From the NCBI GenBank assembly GCA_031459915.1, contig JAVKHO010000007.1:56389-120388 (forward strand): a DNA stretch of 64,000 bases, given 5' to 3'. The notes under the pieces are model-generated. The model did no database searches, had not been told where the DNA came from, and saw only the letters and a list, made by a program, of their open reading frames with translations. Shown here piece by piece: positions 46,197 through 58,193 of the stretch (positions are counted from its first letter, which is position 1; the number at the start of each line of letters is the position of its first letter). The DNA is from Candidatus Tepidifontimicrobium thermophilum (GTDB taxonomy: Bacteria > Sysuimicrobiota > Sysuimicrobiia > Sysuimicrobiales > Sysuimicrobiaceae). The position numbers and the translations under genes were made by a program.

Positions 46197-47305
46197 CCGC
46201 GGACCTGCGCGCCGCGCGGCGGCGGCTCCGCCACGTGGACTGGGTTCTGGTGGCGTGCACCCTGGCCCTGGTGGCGGTCGGTACCGCGGCGATTGCGAGC
46301 GCCACGGCCACGCCCGAACAGCCGCTGGGGCTGTTGCGACCCCGGCTGGCCCACGTGGCGGTGGGCCTTGCCGTGCTGGCGGGCCTGGCCGCCGTCCCGT
46401 ACCGGAGCTTGGGTGAGGCGTGGAGGGTGCTGTACGGCCTGAGCTTGGCGCTGCTGGCGCTGACGGACCTGGTCGGCCGGACCGCCCTGGGCGCCCAACG
46501 GTGGCTTGCCCTGGGTCCAGTGAGCCTCCAGCCCTCGGAGCTAGCCAAGCTCGGGCTGGTCGTGACCCTGGCGTGGTTTCTCAGCCGGCGGAAGGAGCCC
46601 CCCACCAGGCTCCCGGACCTCCTTCCTTGCCTGATGCTCGCTGGGCCTCCCGTGCTGTTGGTCTTCCTACAGCCCGACCTGGGGAGCGCTCTGGCCTTCG
46701 TAGCCGTGCTGCTGGCGATGCTGTGGGCCGCGGGCGTGCCCCGCGGACAGCTGGCCGGCCTCGTGGCGGGGGGACTGCTGGTGTCCCCGCTGGTTTGGCC
46801 CCTACTGAAGCCGTACCAGCGGACGCGCCTCCTGGTGTTCCTGGACCCGGGCCTGGATCCCCTGGGAGCCGGGTACAACCTCATCCAGTCCAAGATCGCC
46901 ATCGGCTCGGGGGGGCTGTGGGGCAAGGGCCTGTTCGCCGGGACCCAGAACACCCTGCAGTTCCTGCCCATGCAGCATACGGACTTCGTTTTCTCCGTGA
47001 TCGGCGAGGAGCTGGGGTTCGTGGGGGCCGTGGGGGTGCTGTTGCTGTTCTGGGTGTTCCTCCTGCGGGTGCTCCAGGTGGCCTCCTCCGCCCGGGACGC
47101 CTTCGGGAGCTACCTGTGCGTGGGCGTGGCCGGCCTGGTGGCGTTCCACGTGCTGGTGAACGTGGGCATGACCGTGGGCCTGGCGCCGGCCACGGGCATT
47201 CCCCTGCCGTTTCTGTCCTACGGGGGGACGGCGTTGGTGACCCACCTGGCGGGGGTAGGGCTCGTGCTGAGCGTGGCGGTCCGGAGGCCCAAGATCCTGT
47301 TCTGA
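46181..47305 (+). CDS. rodA: Rod shape-determining protein RodA (SEDS)
   Basis: GAQRW, QPSELAK, QPDLG, HTDFVF, PFLSYGG. Confidence 0.93.
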   Translation: MGSALTADLRAARRRLRHVDWVLVACTLALVAVGTAAIASATATPEQPLGLLRPRLAHVAVGLAVLAGLAAVPYRSLGEAWRVLYGLSLALLALTDLVGRTALGAQRWLALGPVSLQPSELAKLGLVVTLAWFLSRRKEPPTRLPDLLPCLMLAGPPVLLVFLQPDLGSALAFVAVLLAMLWAAGVPRGQLAGLVAGGLLVSPLVWPLLKPYQRTRLLVFLDPGLDPLGAGYNLIQSKIAIGSGGLWGKGLFAGTQNTLQFLPMQHTDFVFSVIGEELGFVGAVGVLLLFWVFLLRVLQVASSARDAFGSYLCVGVAGLVAFHVLVNVGMTVGLAPATGIPLPFLSYGGTALVTHLAGVGLVLSVAVRRPKILF

Positions 47306-47318
47306 AAGTGGAGGTCGC

Positions 47319-48974
47319 ATGCGGCGGCAGATCGTGGCGAATGTGGAGCCGTTTGAGACCCGGGTGGCGGTGTTCGAGGACGGACAGGTGGTCAACCTGT
47401 TCATCGAGCGCGGGGAGCCGCTGGCGGGCAACGTGTACAAGGCCCGGGTGGCCAACGTTTTGCGGGGCATGGACGCTGCCTTCGTGGACATCGGTCTGGA
47501 GCGCAACGCCTTCCTACAGGTGGGCGATGTGCGGAGCCAGCGGATCGGGGGCGAGGACCTGGAGGACGCGATCGGGCACGGGGGGATCCAACAGCGGCTG
47601 CGGGTCGGTCAGGAGATCCTGGTACAGGTCACCAAGGAACCCATGGGCACCAAGGGGGCGCGGGTGACCACCTACATCGCTCTCCCCGCCCACTACCTGG
47701 TCCTCATGCCCACCGTGCAGTACGTGGGGGTCTCCCGAAAGATCGAAAGCGAAACCGAGCGCCGTCGGCTCCGGGAGATCGCGCAGCGCTTGCGGCCTCA
47801 GGGCATGGGCCTCATCGTGCGCACCGCCGCGGAGGGGGCTACGGAAAAAGACCTGCAGGACGACCTCCGCTACCTGCTGAGCGTGTGGAACCGGGTCCTG
47901 GAGCGGGCGCGGACCAGCCGGGCCCCTGCCCTCCTCTACCAGGACCTACGCCTGCTGCGCCGGGTGGCCCGGGACCTGTTCACCGGAGAGGTGGAGCGGT
48001 TCGTGGTGGACTCCCCTCGGGAGTACGAACGGTTGGTAGACCTGGTGGGTTCGTACGCCCCCCACCTGCGGGACCGCCTGGAGCTGTACCGGGGCCGGGA
48101 GCCCGTCTTCGAGCACTACGGGGTGGAGCGGGAGATCGAGACGGCGCTGCAGCGCAAGGTGTGGCTGCCGTCGGGGGGCACCCTGGTGGTGGACCGCACG
48201 GAGGCCTTCACCGTGATCGACGTGAACACGGGCCGGTACGTGGGAGACCGGGACCTCGCCACCACCATCCTCCACACGAACCTGGAGGCGGCCCGGGAGG
48301 TGGTCCGCCAGATCCGGCTCCGGGACATCGGCGGGATCATCCTGGTCGACTTCATCGACATGGACAACGAGAAGCACCGCCAGCAGGTGCTCCGCGCCCT
48401 GCAGGAGGCAGTCCGCGGCGACCGGTCCAAGACCCACGTGATCGATCTGACCCAGCTGGGACTGGTGGAGATCACCCGCAAGCGGGTGCACCAGGACCTG
48501 GAGGCGGTGTTGCGGATGCCGTGTCCGTACTGCAACGGGAGAGGCCGCGTGCTGTCCCCGGAGACGGTGGCCAACCGTATCCGGCGGGAGCTGCGGCGGT
48601 GGTGCTCCAGCCGCGCGGAGCCGGTGGTGGTGGTCCGGGTGCACCCCCTGGTGCACGCGGAGCTGGTCCGGGACGGGGCCTGGCTGCGCCGGCTGGAAGA
48701 GCAGACGGGAAAAACCGTGCGGGTGGTCCCCAAGGAAGGGCTGCACGTGGAGCAGTTCGAAACCGCGGGTGCCGCACGCCCTGAGGAGGCGGAGGGAGTC
48801 CCCGCAGTTCCGGTCCCCTCCTACCGTTGGGGCCCGGAGGAGGTCCTGGACGTGGGCGCCGAGCCCGACCGGGAGTTGGAGCGGGCGGAGGCGGCGCAGG
48901 GGCAGGAGGGCTGGTGGGATCGCCTGCGCCGGTGGCTGGGCCGCGTGTCGAGCCCGACTGGGCCACGGATATAA
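47319..48974 (+). CDS. rng: Ribonuclease G/E family
   Basis: AAFVDIG, QVTKEPMGTKGAR, IDVNTG, DFIDM, CPYCNGRG. Confidence 0.92.
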   Translation: MRRQIVANVEPFETRVAVFEDGQVVNLFIERGEPLAGNVYKARVANVLRGMDAAFVDIGLERNAFLQVGDVRSQRIGGEDLEDAIGHGGIQQRLRVGQEILVQVTKEPMGTKGARVTTYIALPAHYLVLMPTVQYVGVSRKIESETERRRLREIAQRLRPQGMGLIVRTAAEGATEKDLQDDLRYLLSVWNRVLERARTSRAPALLYQDLRLLRRVARDLFTGEVERFVVDSPREYERLVDLVGSYAPHLRDRLELYRGREPVFEHYGVEREIETALQRKVWLPSGGTLVVDRTEAFTVIDVNTGRYVGDRDLATTILHTNLEAAREVVRQIRLRDIGGIILVDFIDMDNEKHRQQVLRALQEAVRGDRSKTHVIDLTQLGLVEITRKRVHQDLEAVLRMPCPYCNGRGRVLSPETVANRIRRELRRWCSSRAEPVVVVRVHPLVHAELVRDGAWLRRLEEQTGKTVRVVPKEGLHVEQFETAGAARPEEAEGVPAVPVPSYRWGPEEVLDVGAEPDRELERAEAAQGQEGWWDRLRRWLGRVSSPTGPRI

Positions 48975-49041
48975 TCGTCTCGGCCACGGCCGCGGAAACC
49001 GGGGGTGCGTCCACGCGGCGGTGCGCCAGGGAGGTCGGAAC

Positions 49042-51719
<2,678 letters not shown>

Positions 51720-51723
<4 letters not shown>

Positions 51724-52142
51724 GGGGTCGGGTCCTCGCGGTAGACTACGGGAGCCGCCGGATTGGCCTCGCGCTGAGTGACCCTACGGGGACCGCCACG
51801 GAGCCGCTGCCCACCGTGGAGCGCCGCGGGGACGACCAGGCTGCCCGGGAGGTGGCGGAGCTGGCGCGGCGACGCGGGGCCAGGACCGTCGTGGTGGGCC
51901 TGCCCCTGCGTCTGGACGGGACCGAGGGGCCGCAGGCCCAGGCCGTCCGCCGCTTCGCCCGTCGCCTGGAGCAGTACACCGGGGTTCCCGTCCGGCTGTG
52001 GGACGAGCGCCTGACCTCCGTGCAGGCGGAACGTCTGCTGGTGGACGGAGGTATCCGCAGGGCCCGGCGAAGGCTGCTGCGGGACCAGCTGTCCGCGGCC
52101 CTCCTCCTGAGGAGCTTCCTCGAAGCCCACCCGGACCCGTAG
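51720..52142 (+). CDS. ruvX: YqgF/RuvX nuclease (pre-16S rRNA processing)
   Basis: LAVDYGSRRIGLALSD, VVGLP, WDERLTS. Confidence 0.93.
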
Positions 52143-52276
52143 CGAGCCGGGACAAGACGGACCGCCGGCCGGGGAGGTACCATAGCGGTGAGCAACGGTC
52201 CGGGGTGCCGCGCGCCGTGCGCTGCGGCCGCGACGGGTGGGCCTCCGCTGTTGCCAAACCCTGTGGAGGTGCGGAC

Positions 52277-52561
52277 GTGGGCCGGGCGGACGGCACGGAA
52301 CTGGACGTGATCACGGTCAGCGACGAGGAGGGCCACCAGCACGAGTTCACGGTGCTGGAGTACGTAGAGGTGGACGACCAGCGGTACGTGGTGGTGGTCC
52401 CCACCGACGCTCCCGAAGACGAGGCTGCGGTGATCCTGCGGGTGGAGGGCGACACCCTGGTCAGTGTGGACGACGAGGCGGAGTTTGACCGGGTGGTGGC
52501 CGCCCTGGAGAGCGAGCGCGAGGACCTCGAGGTCGAGGTCGAGGAGGAGGATTCCCGGTAG
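52277..52561 (+). CDS. DUF1292 family acidic protein
   Basis: ITVSDEEG...FTVLEYVEVDDQRYVVV...DEAEFDRV; alaS-ruvX-DUF1292-mltG synteny. Confidence 0.85.
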   Translation: MGRADGTELDVITVSDEEGHQHEFTVLEYVEVDDQRYVVVVPTDAPEDEAAVILRVEGDTLVSVDDEAEFDRVVAALESEREDLEVEVEEEDSR

Positions 52562-52593
52562 GCCGTCCCATCCGGTGGAAGGCGGCTCTAGCG

Positions 52594-53550
52594 GTGGCCG
52601 TAGCGGCCGCCGGGGCCGCAGGGCTGACCGCCACGTCCGGGGCACCGCCAGGCGGGAGCCAGTCGGTGGTGGTGGTCATCCCGGCGGGGGCCGACGCAGG
52701 CCGAGTGGCGGATCTGCTGCACCGGCACGGGTTGGTGCGAAGTCCCCTGCTCTTCCGCCTGTGGGCCCGGTGGCGAGGGCTAGAAGGACGCATCCAGGCG
52801 GGTGAGTACCGGTTTTCGCCTGCCGAGGGACTCCACGGGATCCTGAGGCGCCTCGCCGCGGGCGACGTGGTCCGCTACCGCCTGGTATTCCCCGAGGGGC
52901 TGACGGCGGAGGACGTGGCGCGACGCCTGGAGGAGCATGGGGTGGTGAGCGCGGAGGCCTTCCTGGCGGAAGTAGGCCGGGCGGACCGGTACTGGATCCC
53001 ACAGATGCAGGGCAACACCACCGGCCGCCTGGAGGGCTACCTGTTCCCAGACACGTACGAGTTCCCTCGGGGACTTCCCGCGGACCGCGTGGTGGCAGCC
53101 ATGGTGGCGCGCTTTCAAGAGGCCACGGCGGGGCTGTGGTCGTCCCCGAGGCCCCTCGGGCTGTCGCCGTACCAGGTGGTGACGGTAGCCTCCCTGGTGG
53201 AGCGGGAGGCGCGCCGGGACGCGGAGCGGCCGCGGATCGCCGGGGTGCTGTACAACCGGCTGCGCCGGGGGATGCCGTTGCAGGTGGACGCTACGGTGCT
53301 ATACGCCCTCGGCGAGCACAAGGAGCGGGTCCTGTACCGGGACCTGGAGGTGGACTCCCCGTACAACACCTACCGTAGGACGGGACTCCCCCCGGGACCC
53401 ATCGCTAACCCGGGCCTGGAAAGCCTGCGGGCCGCCATGCAGCCGGAGACCCACGAGTACCTGTACTACGTGGCCCGTCCGGATGGGACGCACGTGTTCA
53501 GCCGCACCCTGGCCGAGCACGAGCGCGCCCGGCGGGCGGTGCAGCGCTAG
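52594..53550 (+). CDS. mltG: Endolytic transglycosylase MltG (start uncertain)
   Basis: LEGYLFPDTY, ASLVEREA, LQVDATV, SPYNTY..GLPPGPIANPG. Confidence 0.94.
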   Translation: MAVAAAGAAGLTATSGAPPGGSQSVVVVIPAGADAGRVADLLHRHGLVRSPLLFRLWARWRGLEGRIQAGEYRFSPAEGLHGILRRLAAGDVVRYRLVFPEGLTAEDVARRLEEHGVVSAEAFLAEVGRADRYWIPQMQGNTTGRLEGYLFPDTYEFPRGLPADRVVAAMVARFQEATAGLWSSPRPLGLSPYQVVTVASLVEREARRDAERPRIAGVLYNRLRRGMPLQVDATVLYALGEHKERVLYRDLEVDSPYNTYRRTGLPPGPIANPGLESLRAAMQPETHEYLYYVARPDGTHVFSRTLAEHERARRAVQR

Positions 53551-53551
53551 G

Positions 53552-54100
53552 GTGTCCACCTGGGGCGTGCGACCGGGCCGCGGCTGGGCTCCACGGTTGG
53601 CGGTACGTCGCGTCAGTGACATCCCTTTGGATCTCCTCGTGGGGGCCGGGGTCCGGGCGGTCCTGTTCGACCTAGACAACACCCTGGTGCCCTACGGCTC
53701 CCAGGAGATCCCAGGGGACCTGTGCGGGTGGCTGGAGTCCTTCCGGGCCCGTGGCCTGCGGGCTGCGGTGGTGTCCAACGCGTGGCCGTGGAGGGCACGT
53801 CGCGTGGCGGAGCGCCTGGGCTGGCCCGCGGTAGCCGGCTGGCCGAAGCCCAGCTTGAGCAGGCTCCGGAAGGCCATGGCGCTGCTGGGCTCCACGCCCG
53901 CCACCACGGCCCTGGTGGGGGACCAGCTGTTCACCGACATCTGGCCCGCCAACCGGCTGGGACTGTTCACCGTGCTGGTGGAACCCCTGGTGCCGAGGGA
54001 GTTCGTGACGACACGTCTGGCCCGCTGGCTGGAACGGCTGGCCGGGCGGCGGGCGCTGGAGGAGCGGGCGTCGAGCAGGAGTCCGGGCCACCGTGGTTGA
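53552..54100 (+). CDS. yqeG: YqeG family HAD IIIA phosphatase
   Basis: FDLDNTL, VVSN, KP, VGDQLFTD. Confidence 0.88.
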   Translation: MSTWGVRPGRGWAPRLAVRRVSDIPLDLLVGAGVRAVLFDLDNTLVPYGSQEIPGDLCGWLESFRARGLRAAVVSNAWPWRARRVAERLGWPAVAGWPKPSLSRLRKAMALLGSTPATTALVGDQLFTDIWPANRLGLFTVLVEPLVPREFVTTRLARWLERLAGRRALEERASSRSPGHRG

Positions 54101-54141
54101 AGCAACCCCCGAGGGTTCGCGGTGAGCGCGCGGGAGGGTGG

Positions 54142-54513
54142 ATGTCGCTGCGGGACGTGCTCAAGGAGATCCTGTCCAGCGTGGAGGGCGCGCTCGGGGT
54201 AGCGGTGGTGCGCCTGGACGGCGAGGTGGTGGATTCCCACACCCTGGACGGAGGCCTTCGCATTGAAAAGGTGGCACCGGACCTGGGAATCCTCGCGAAG
54301 GTGTCCGCGTACGCGGCACGCAAGCTGAGCGCGGGGCCCGTGGACTACTCGGTGGTGTCCGCGGAGAAGTACGTGCTGCTCCTGTCCGCGGTGGAGGTGG
54401 ACTACGCTCTGGTGATCGCCCTCCGGCAGGGGGGGAACCTGGGCAAGGCCCGCCTCCAGATGAAGAAGAACCTGGAGCGGGTGGCCGCCCAACTGCGCAG
54501 CCTGGTCCCGTGA
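54142..54513 (+). CDS. Roadblock/LC7 (MglB-like) protein
   Basis: VEGALGVAVVRLDG...NLGKARLQM. Confidence 0.82.
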   Translation: MSLRDVLKEILSSVEGALGVAVVRLDGEVVDSHTLDGGLRIEKVAPDLGILAKVSAYAARKLSAGPVDYSVVSAEKYVLLLSAVEVDYALVIALRQGGNLGKARLQMKKNLERVAAQLRSLVP

Positions 54514-55427
54514 GGTCTGCCCCCGTCCGCCTCCGCCGCGGGGCGGTGGTTGTGATCGTGTACGCCAGCCTGCTGGCCGTGTCCTCCCCAAGTTCTGCCG
54601 CGGAGGGGCCGGCGGCCCGGGGTCAGGCTCTGTACCAAGAGGGGCGCTACCGCGAGGCCGCCGCGGTCCTTCGGGCCGCACTCCAGGCTCGACCCGGGGA
54701 CCGGACGGTCTGGCTGTGGTACGGGGCCGCCTTGTTGCTGTCGGGCGAGCCCGGCCCAGCCCTGGAAGCCCTTCGCCGCGCCACAGGCCCCCCTGTGACG
54801 GGGTACGCGTGGCTGTGGACGGGGGCGGCCTACGAGCAGCTGGGGATGACCTCGCAGGCCCGTGACGCGTATCGGCTCGCGCTCGAGCGGGGCGGGGAGG
54901 CGGGGTACTGGGCGGCCCGGCGGCTTCGGGCCCTGCAGGCGGAGCGGGAAACCCAGGGACGGCTGAACGCTCTGGACCCGGCCACCTACGCCCGGCTGGC
55001 CCTGCGCCATAACCCGCGTCTTGCACCTTCTGAAGCCTGGCGCATCGGGCGGGCGCTTCTGGACTTCGGGCGGCGGTTCGACGTGGACCCCCGGTTGGTG
55101 AGCGCCGTGGTGGTGGTGGAGTCGGGGTTCAACCCCCGAGCCATCTCGCCCGCGGGCGCCCTGGGACTCGGGCAGCTCATGCCTGAGGTGGCGCGTGCGG
55201 TGGGCGTACGGCAGCCTTTCTCCATCGAGGAGAACCTGTACGGGACCGTCCGTGTGCTGCGCGGCCACCTGGACCGGTTCGGTTACCACCGGGTGGACCT
55301 GGCCCTGGCCGCTTACAACGCGGGCTCCGGCGCTGTGCGACGCCACGGCGGGGTCCCGCCCTTCGCAGAGACCCGCTGGTACGTGTTCCGCGTCAGCAAC
55401 CTGTACCTCCGTTACCTGGGCCAGTAG
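54510..55427 (+). CDS. Secreted TPR + SLT lytic transglycosylase
   Basis: Signal peptide, TPR repeats; ESGFNPRAISPAGALGLGQLMP, ALAAYNAG, PPFAET. Confidence 0.9.
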   Translation: MRSAPVRLRRGAVVVIVYASLLAVSSPSSAAEGPAARGQALYQEGRYREAAAVLRAALQARPGDRTVWLWYGAALLLSGEPGPALEALRRATGPPVTGYAWLWTGAAYEQLGMTSQARDAYRLALERGGEAGYWAARRLRALQAERETQGRLNALDPATYARLALRHNPRLAPSEAWRIGRALLDFGRRFDVDPRLVSAVVVVESGFNPRAISPAGALGLGQLMPEVARAVGVRQPFSIEENLYGTVRVLRGHLDRFGYHRVDLALAAYNAGSGAVRRHGGVPPFAETRWYVFRVSNLYLRYLGQ

Positions 55428-55552
55428 ACGGCGTCTGGCGGCAACTTCTGGCCACGACCGCTCGGGAGAGCAGGCGGCCTCACGGGAACCGCTGGCCTGG
55501 AAGTTGCTCCGCCTGACCACGCACGACGGCAGAACCGAAGGGGGGTCCGAGG

Positions 55553-56680
55553 ATGGCGCGACGCGCGGTGCGGTGCACGGTCGTGGTGCTGGCAGTGGCC
55601 GCCCTGGCCGCATGCTCCCAGGGAGGCTCCTCTCCTGTCACGGTGCGGATCGGGGTGGTGCTGCCCCTGTCCAGCGGGGTGGCGGCTGCGGCCAGCAGTG
55701 CCCTCCGGGGTGCGCAGATGGCCGCGGACGAGGTGAACGCGGAGCGGGCGGTACGGTTGGTGCTGGTGAGCCACGACGACGGCGGCTCGCCCCAGAGGGC
55801 GATCCAGCTGTTCCAGCAGTTGAGCGCCGACCCCGGTGTAGCGGCGGTGGTGGGAGGGCTCACGGACATGGTGGCGGTGCAACTGTCCAGCCTAGCCTCC
55901 GCCACGAGGACTCCTCTGCTGAGCCCGGGCGCCACGGGCCCCATCCCCTTCGCAGGGCAGTACTTCTTCCGCACCTCCCTGCCCTCGTCCGTCCAGGGGA
56001 AGGCGCTGGCGGAGTACGCCCTGGGCAGGGGGATGCAGCAGGCCTCCGTGGTACAGGACAGCAACGAGTACGGGACCGCGGTGGCCGAGGGGTTCTCCGA
56101 GGCCATGCGCGCGGGCGGCGGCAGCGTCCTGAGCCAGCACCTCTTCACGGACGGGACCCGGGACTTCTCGGCTGTGGTCCGGGCCCTTCAGAGGGAGCGG
56201 CCCCAGGTGGTGCTGTTCGCGGGCTACCCGGACGAGGGGGAGGTTTTCGTCAAGCAGCTGGGCCAGGCCGGCCTGAATCCACCGCTGTTGGTCCCCGACT
56301 CCTTCGCCCAGGAGGAGGTGGCGGCGGTGTTGGCCGGAAGAAATGCGGTCGTGGCGTCGGTGTTCTTCGCGGAGAGTCCCTTCCCGCGGGTGCGGGCCTT
56401 CGTGCGGGAGTTCCGAAGCCGCTACGGCCGGCCGCCGGACCCCTTCGCGGCCCAGGCGTACGACGCCGTGCGGGTCGTGGCCGTGGCCCTCAAGCGGCTC
56501 GGGGCCGGTGCGTACCGCGGGCAGGACCAAGTGGACCGGGGGAAGGTCCGGGACGCTTTGGCCAGCATCCAGGACTACCCGGGGGTGACCGGCACCATCA
56601 CCTTCGACCGCCTCGGCAACCCCGCCCGGGACGTGCAGCTCCTGCGGGTGGACGGCGGCAAGCTGGTGGTCCTGCCGTGA
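55553..56680 (+). CDS. LivK-like ABC substrate-binding lipoprotein (orphan)
   Basis: Lipobox LAAC; RIGVVLPLS, FFRT, AQAYDA, GVTGTITFD. Confidence 0.85.
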   Translation: MARRAVRCTVVVLAVAALAACSQGGSSPVTVRIGVVLPLSSGVAAAASSALRGAQMAADEVNAERAVRLVLVSHDDGGSPQRAIQLFQQLSADPGVAAVVGGLTDMVAVQLSSLASATRTPLLSPGATGPIPFAGQYFFRTSLPSSVQGKALAEYALGRGMQQASVVQDSNEYGTAVAEGFSEAMRAGGGSVLSQHLFTDGTRDFSAVVRALQRERPQVVLFAGYPDEGEVFVKQLGQAGLNPPLLVPDSFAQEEVAAVLAGRNAVVASVFFAESPFPRVRAFVREFRSRYGRPPDPFAAQAYDAVRVVAVALKRLGAGAYRGQDQVDRGKVRDALASIQDYPGVTGTITFDRLGNPARDVQLLRVDGGKLVVLP

Positions 56681-56888
56681 CAGGCCGGCGGTTCCGGGGT
56701 TCGTCGGGAGAAAGGGGGAAAGTGGCCTGAAAGTTGCTCGGAGTGCCTGTGGAAGATCCCTGTATGTTGACCTGAGGTCCTGCCGGCCCCTGGCCCTTCC
56801 GGGGAAGGAACCGGACGGCGGCAGGAGGAAGGGTACCCTACCGCCGGACCGAAGCGGACGGCGGAATCCGCGTGCGGGGGGGATCCAC

Positions 56889-57875
56889 GTGAGGAGCTGG
56901 ACTCGCTGGCTGGCCGGACTGGTAGCGGTGGTGCTGTTGGCCTCGGGCGTTGCCACCGCCCAGCCCCGTCGGTTCGTGAACGTGGCCACGGGCGGCACCG
57001 CGGGCGTGTACTTCCCGCTGGGCAGTGCCCTGGCCCGGCTGTGGACGGAGCGGATCCCCGGGGTGCAGGCCACGGCCCAGGCCACGGGGGCGTCGGTGGC
57101 CAACGTGCGGCTGCTGCAGAGGGGCGAGGTAGAGGTGGCCCTGGCTCAGAACGACATCGTGTACTACGCCTATAACGGCGTGGAGATGTTCAGCCGCGAC
57201 CCCCAGACGCGCCTGCGGGGGATGGCCATGCTTTACCCGGAGACCATCCAGATCGTCACCCTGCGCCAGAAGAACATCAACTCCGTGGCGGACCTGGCAG
57301 GAAAGCGGGTCGCGGTGGGCGCGCCGGGCAGCGGCACCGAGGTGAACGCGCGGCAGATCCTGCGGCTGTACGACATCGGGTACGCGCAGACGCGGCAGAC
57401 CCACGGGCTGCCGCGCACGGTGCAGGCAGACTTCCTCAGCTTCGCGGAGGCCGCGGACCAGTTGAAGGACGGGATCATCGACGCAGCGTTCCTCACCGCG
57501 GGCGTCCCCACCGCCGCGGTCCAGGACATCGCGGCCACCCGGGATCTCAAGATCATCCCCATCCCGGAGGCGGTGGCCTCCCGCCTGCGGGAGCGCTACC
57601 CGTACTACACGCCCGTGGTGATCCCGCCCAACAGCTACCGAGGACAGGCGGAACCGGTGCCCACGGTCGCTGTGATGGCCATGCTGGTCACCCGATCCGA
57701 CCTGCCCGAGGACCTGGTGTACGAACTCACCAAGACCCTGTGGGAGAACCTGTCCGTCCTCCACCAGGCCCACGCCCGAGGCCGGGACATCCGGCTCGAG
57801 ACCGCCCGCGCGGGGATGCCCATCCCCCTCCACGCGGGCGCCTTGCGGTACTACCGGGAGCGGGGGGCGCGCTGA
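56889..57875 (+). CDS. TAXI family TRAP solute receptor (orphan)
   Basis: ATGGTAGVYFPLG, GASVAN, LYPETIQ, GSGTE, PLHAGALRYY. Confidence 0.92.
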   Translation: MRSWTRWLAGLVAVVLLASGVATAQPRRFVNVATGGTAGVYFPLGSALARLWTERIPGVQATAQATGASVANVRLLQRGEVEVALAQNDIVYYAYNGVEMFSRDPQTRLRGMAMLYPETIQIVTLRQKNINSVADLAGKRVAVGAPGSGTEVNARQILRLYDIGYAQTRQTHGLPRTVQADFLSFAEAADQLKDGIIDAAFLTAGVPTAAVQDIAATRDLKIIPIPEAVASRLRERYPYYTPVVIPPNSYRGQAEPVPTVAVMAMLVTRSDLPEDLVYELTKTLWENLSVLHQAHARGRDIRLETARAGMPIPLHAGALRYYRERGAR

Positions 57876-57896
57876 GGACGGAAGCGAGGCGGTGGA

Positions 57897-58193
57897 GTGG
57901 TGAGGCGGAGGACGAACCGGCCGTCCCGAGCTGGTCGGGTGGATCGCGTCACCCCGATCTACCCGATCCGGACGGTGGCCCAGATGACGGACCTGTCGCC
58001 GCAGCGGATCCGCGCGTGGGAGACGGACTACGGGCTGATCCGTCCCCACCGGACGGGAGGGGGGCACCGCCTGTTCAGCCAGGAGGACGTGGAGCGCCTG
58101 TTGTGGATCAAGCGGATGGTGCAGGAGCGTGGCCTGAGCCTCCAGGGGGTTAAGCGTCTGCTGGAGGACACCGCGGGCCGACGAGGGCGGTGA
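57897..58193 (+). CDS. Short MerR-family regulator (GlnR/HspR-like)
   Basis: YPIRTVAQMTDLSPQRIRAWE..LIRPHRTGGGHRLFS..DVERL. Confidence 0.88.
   Translation: MVRRRTNRPSRAGRVDRVTPIYPIRTVAQMTDLSPQRIRAWETDYGLIRPHRTGGGHRLFSQEDVERLLWIKRMVQERGLSLQGVKRLLEDTAGRRGR

Noticed and set aside
48975..49041. T-box riboswitch upstream of alaS
   Set aside because: The leader is too short and no T-box consensus is visible.
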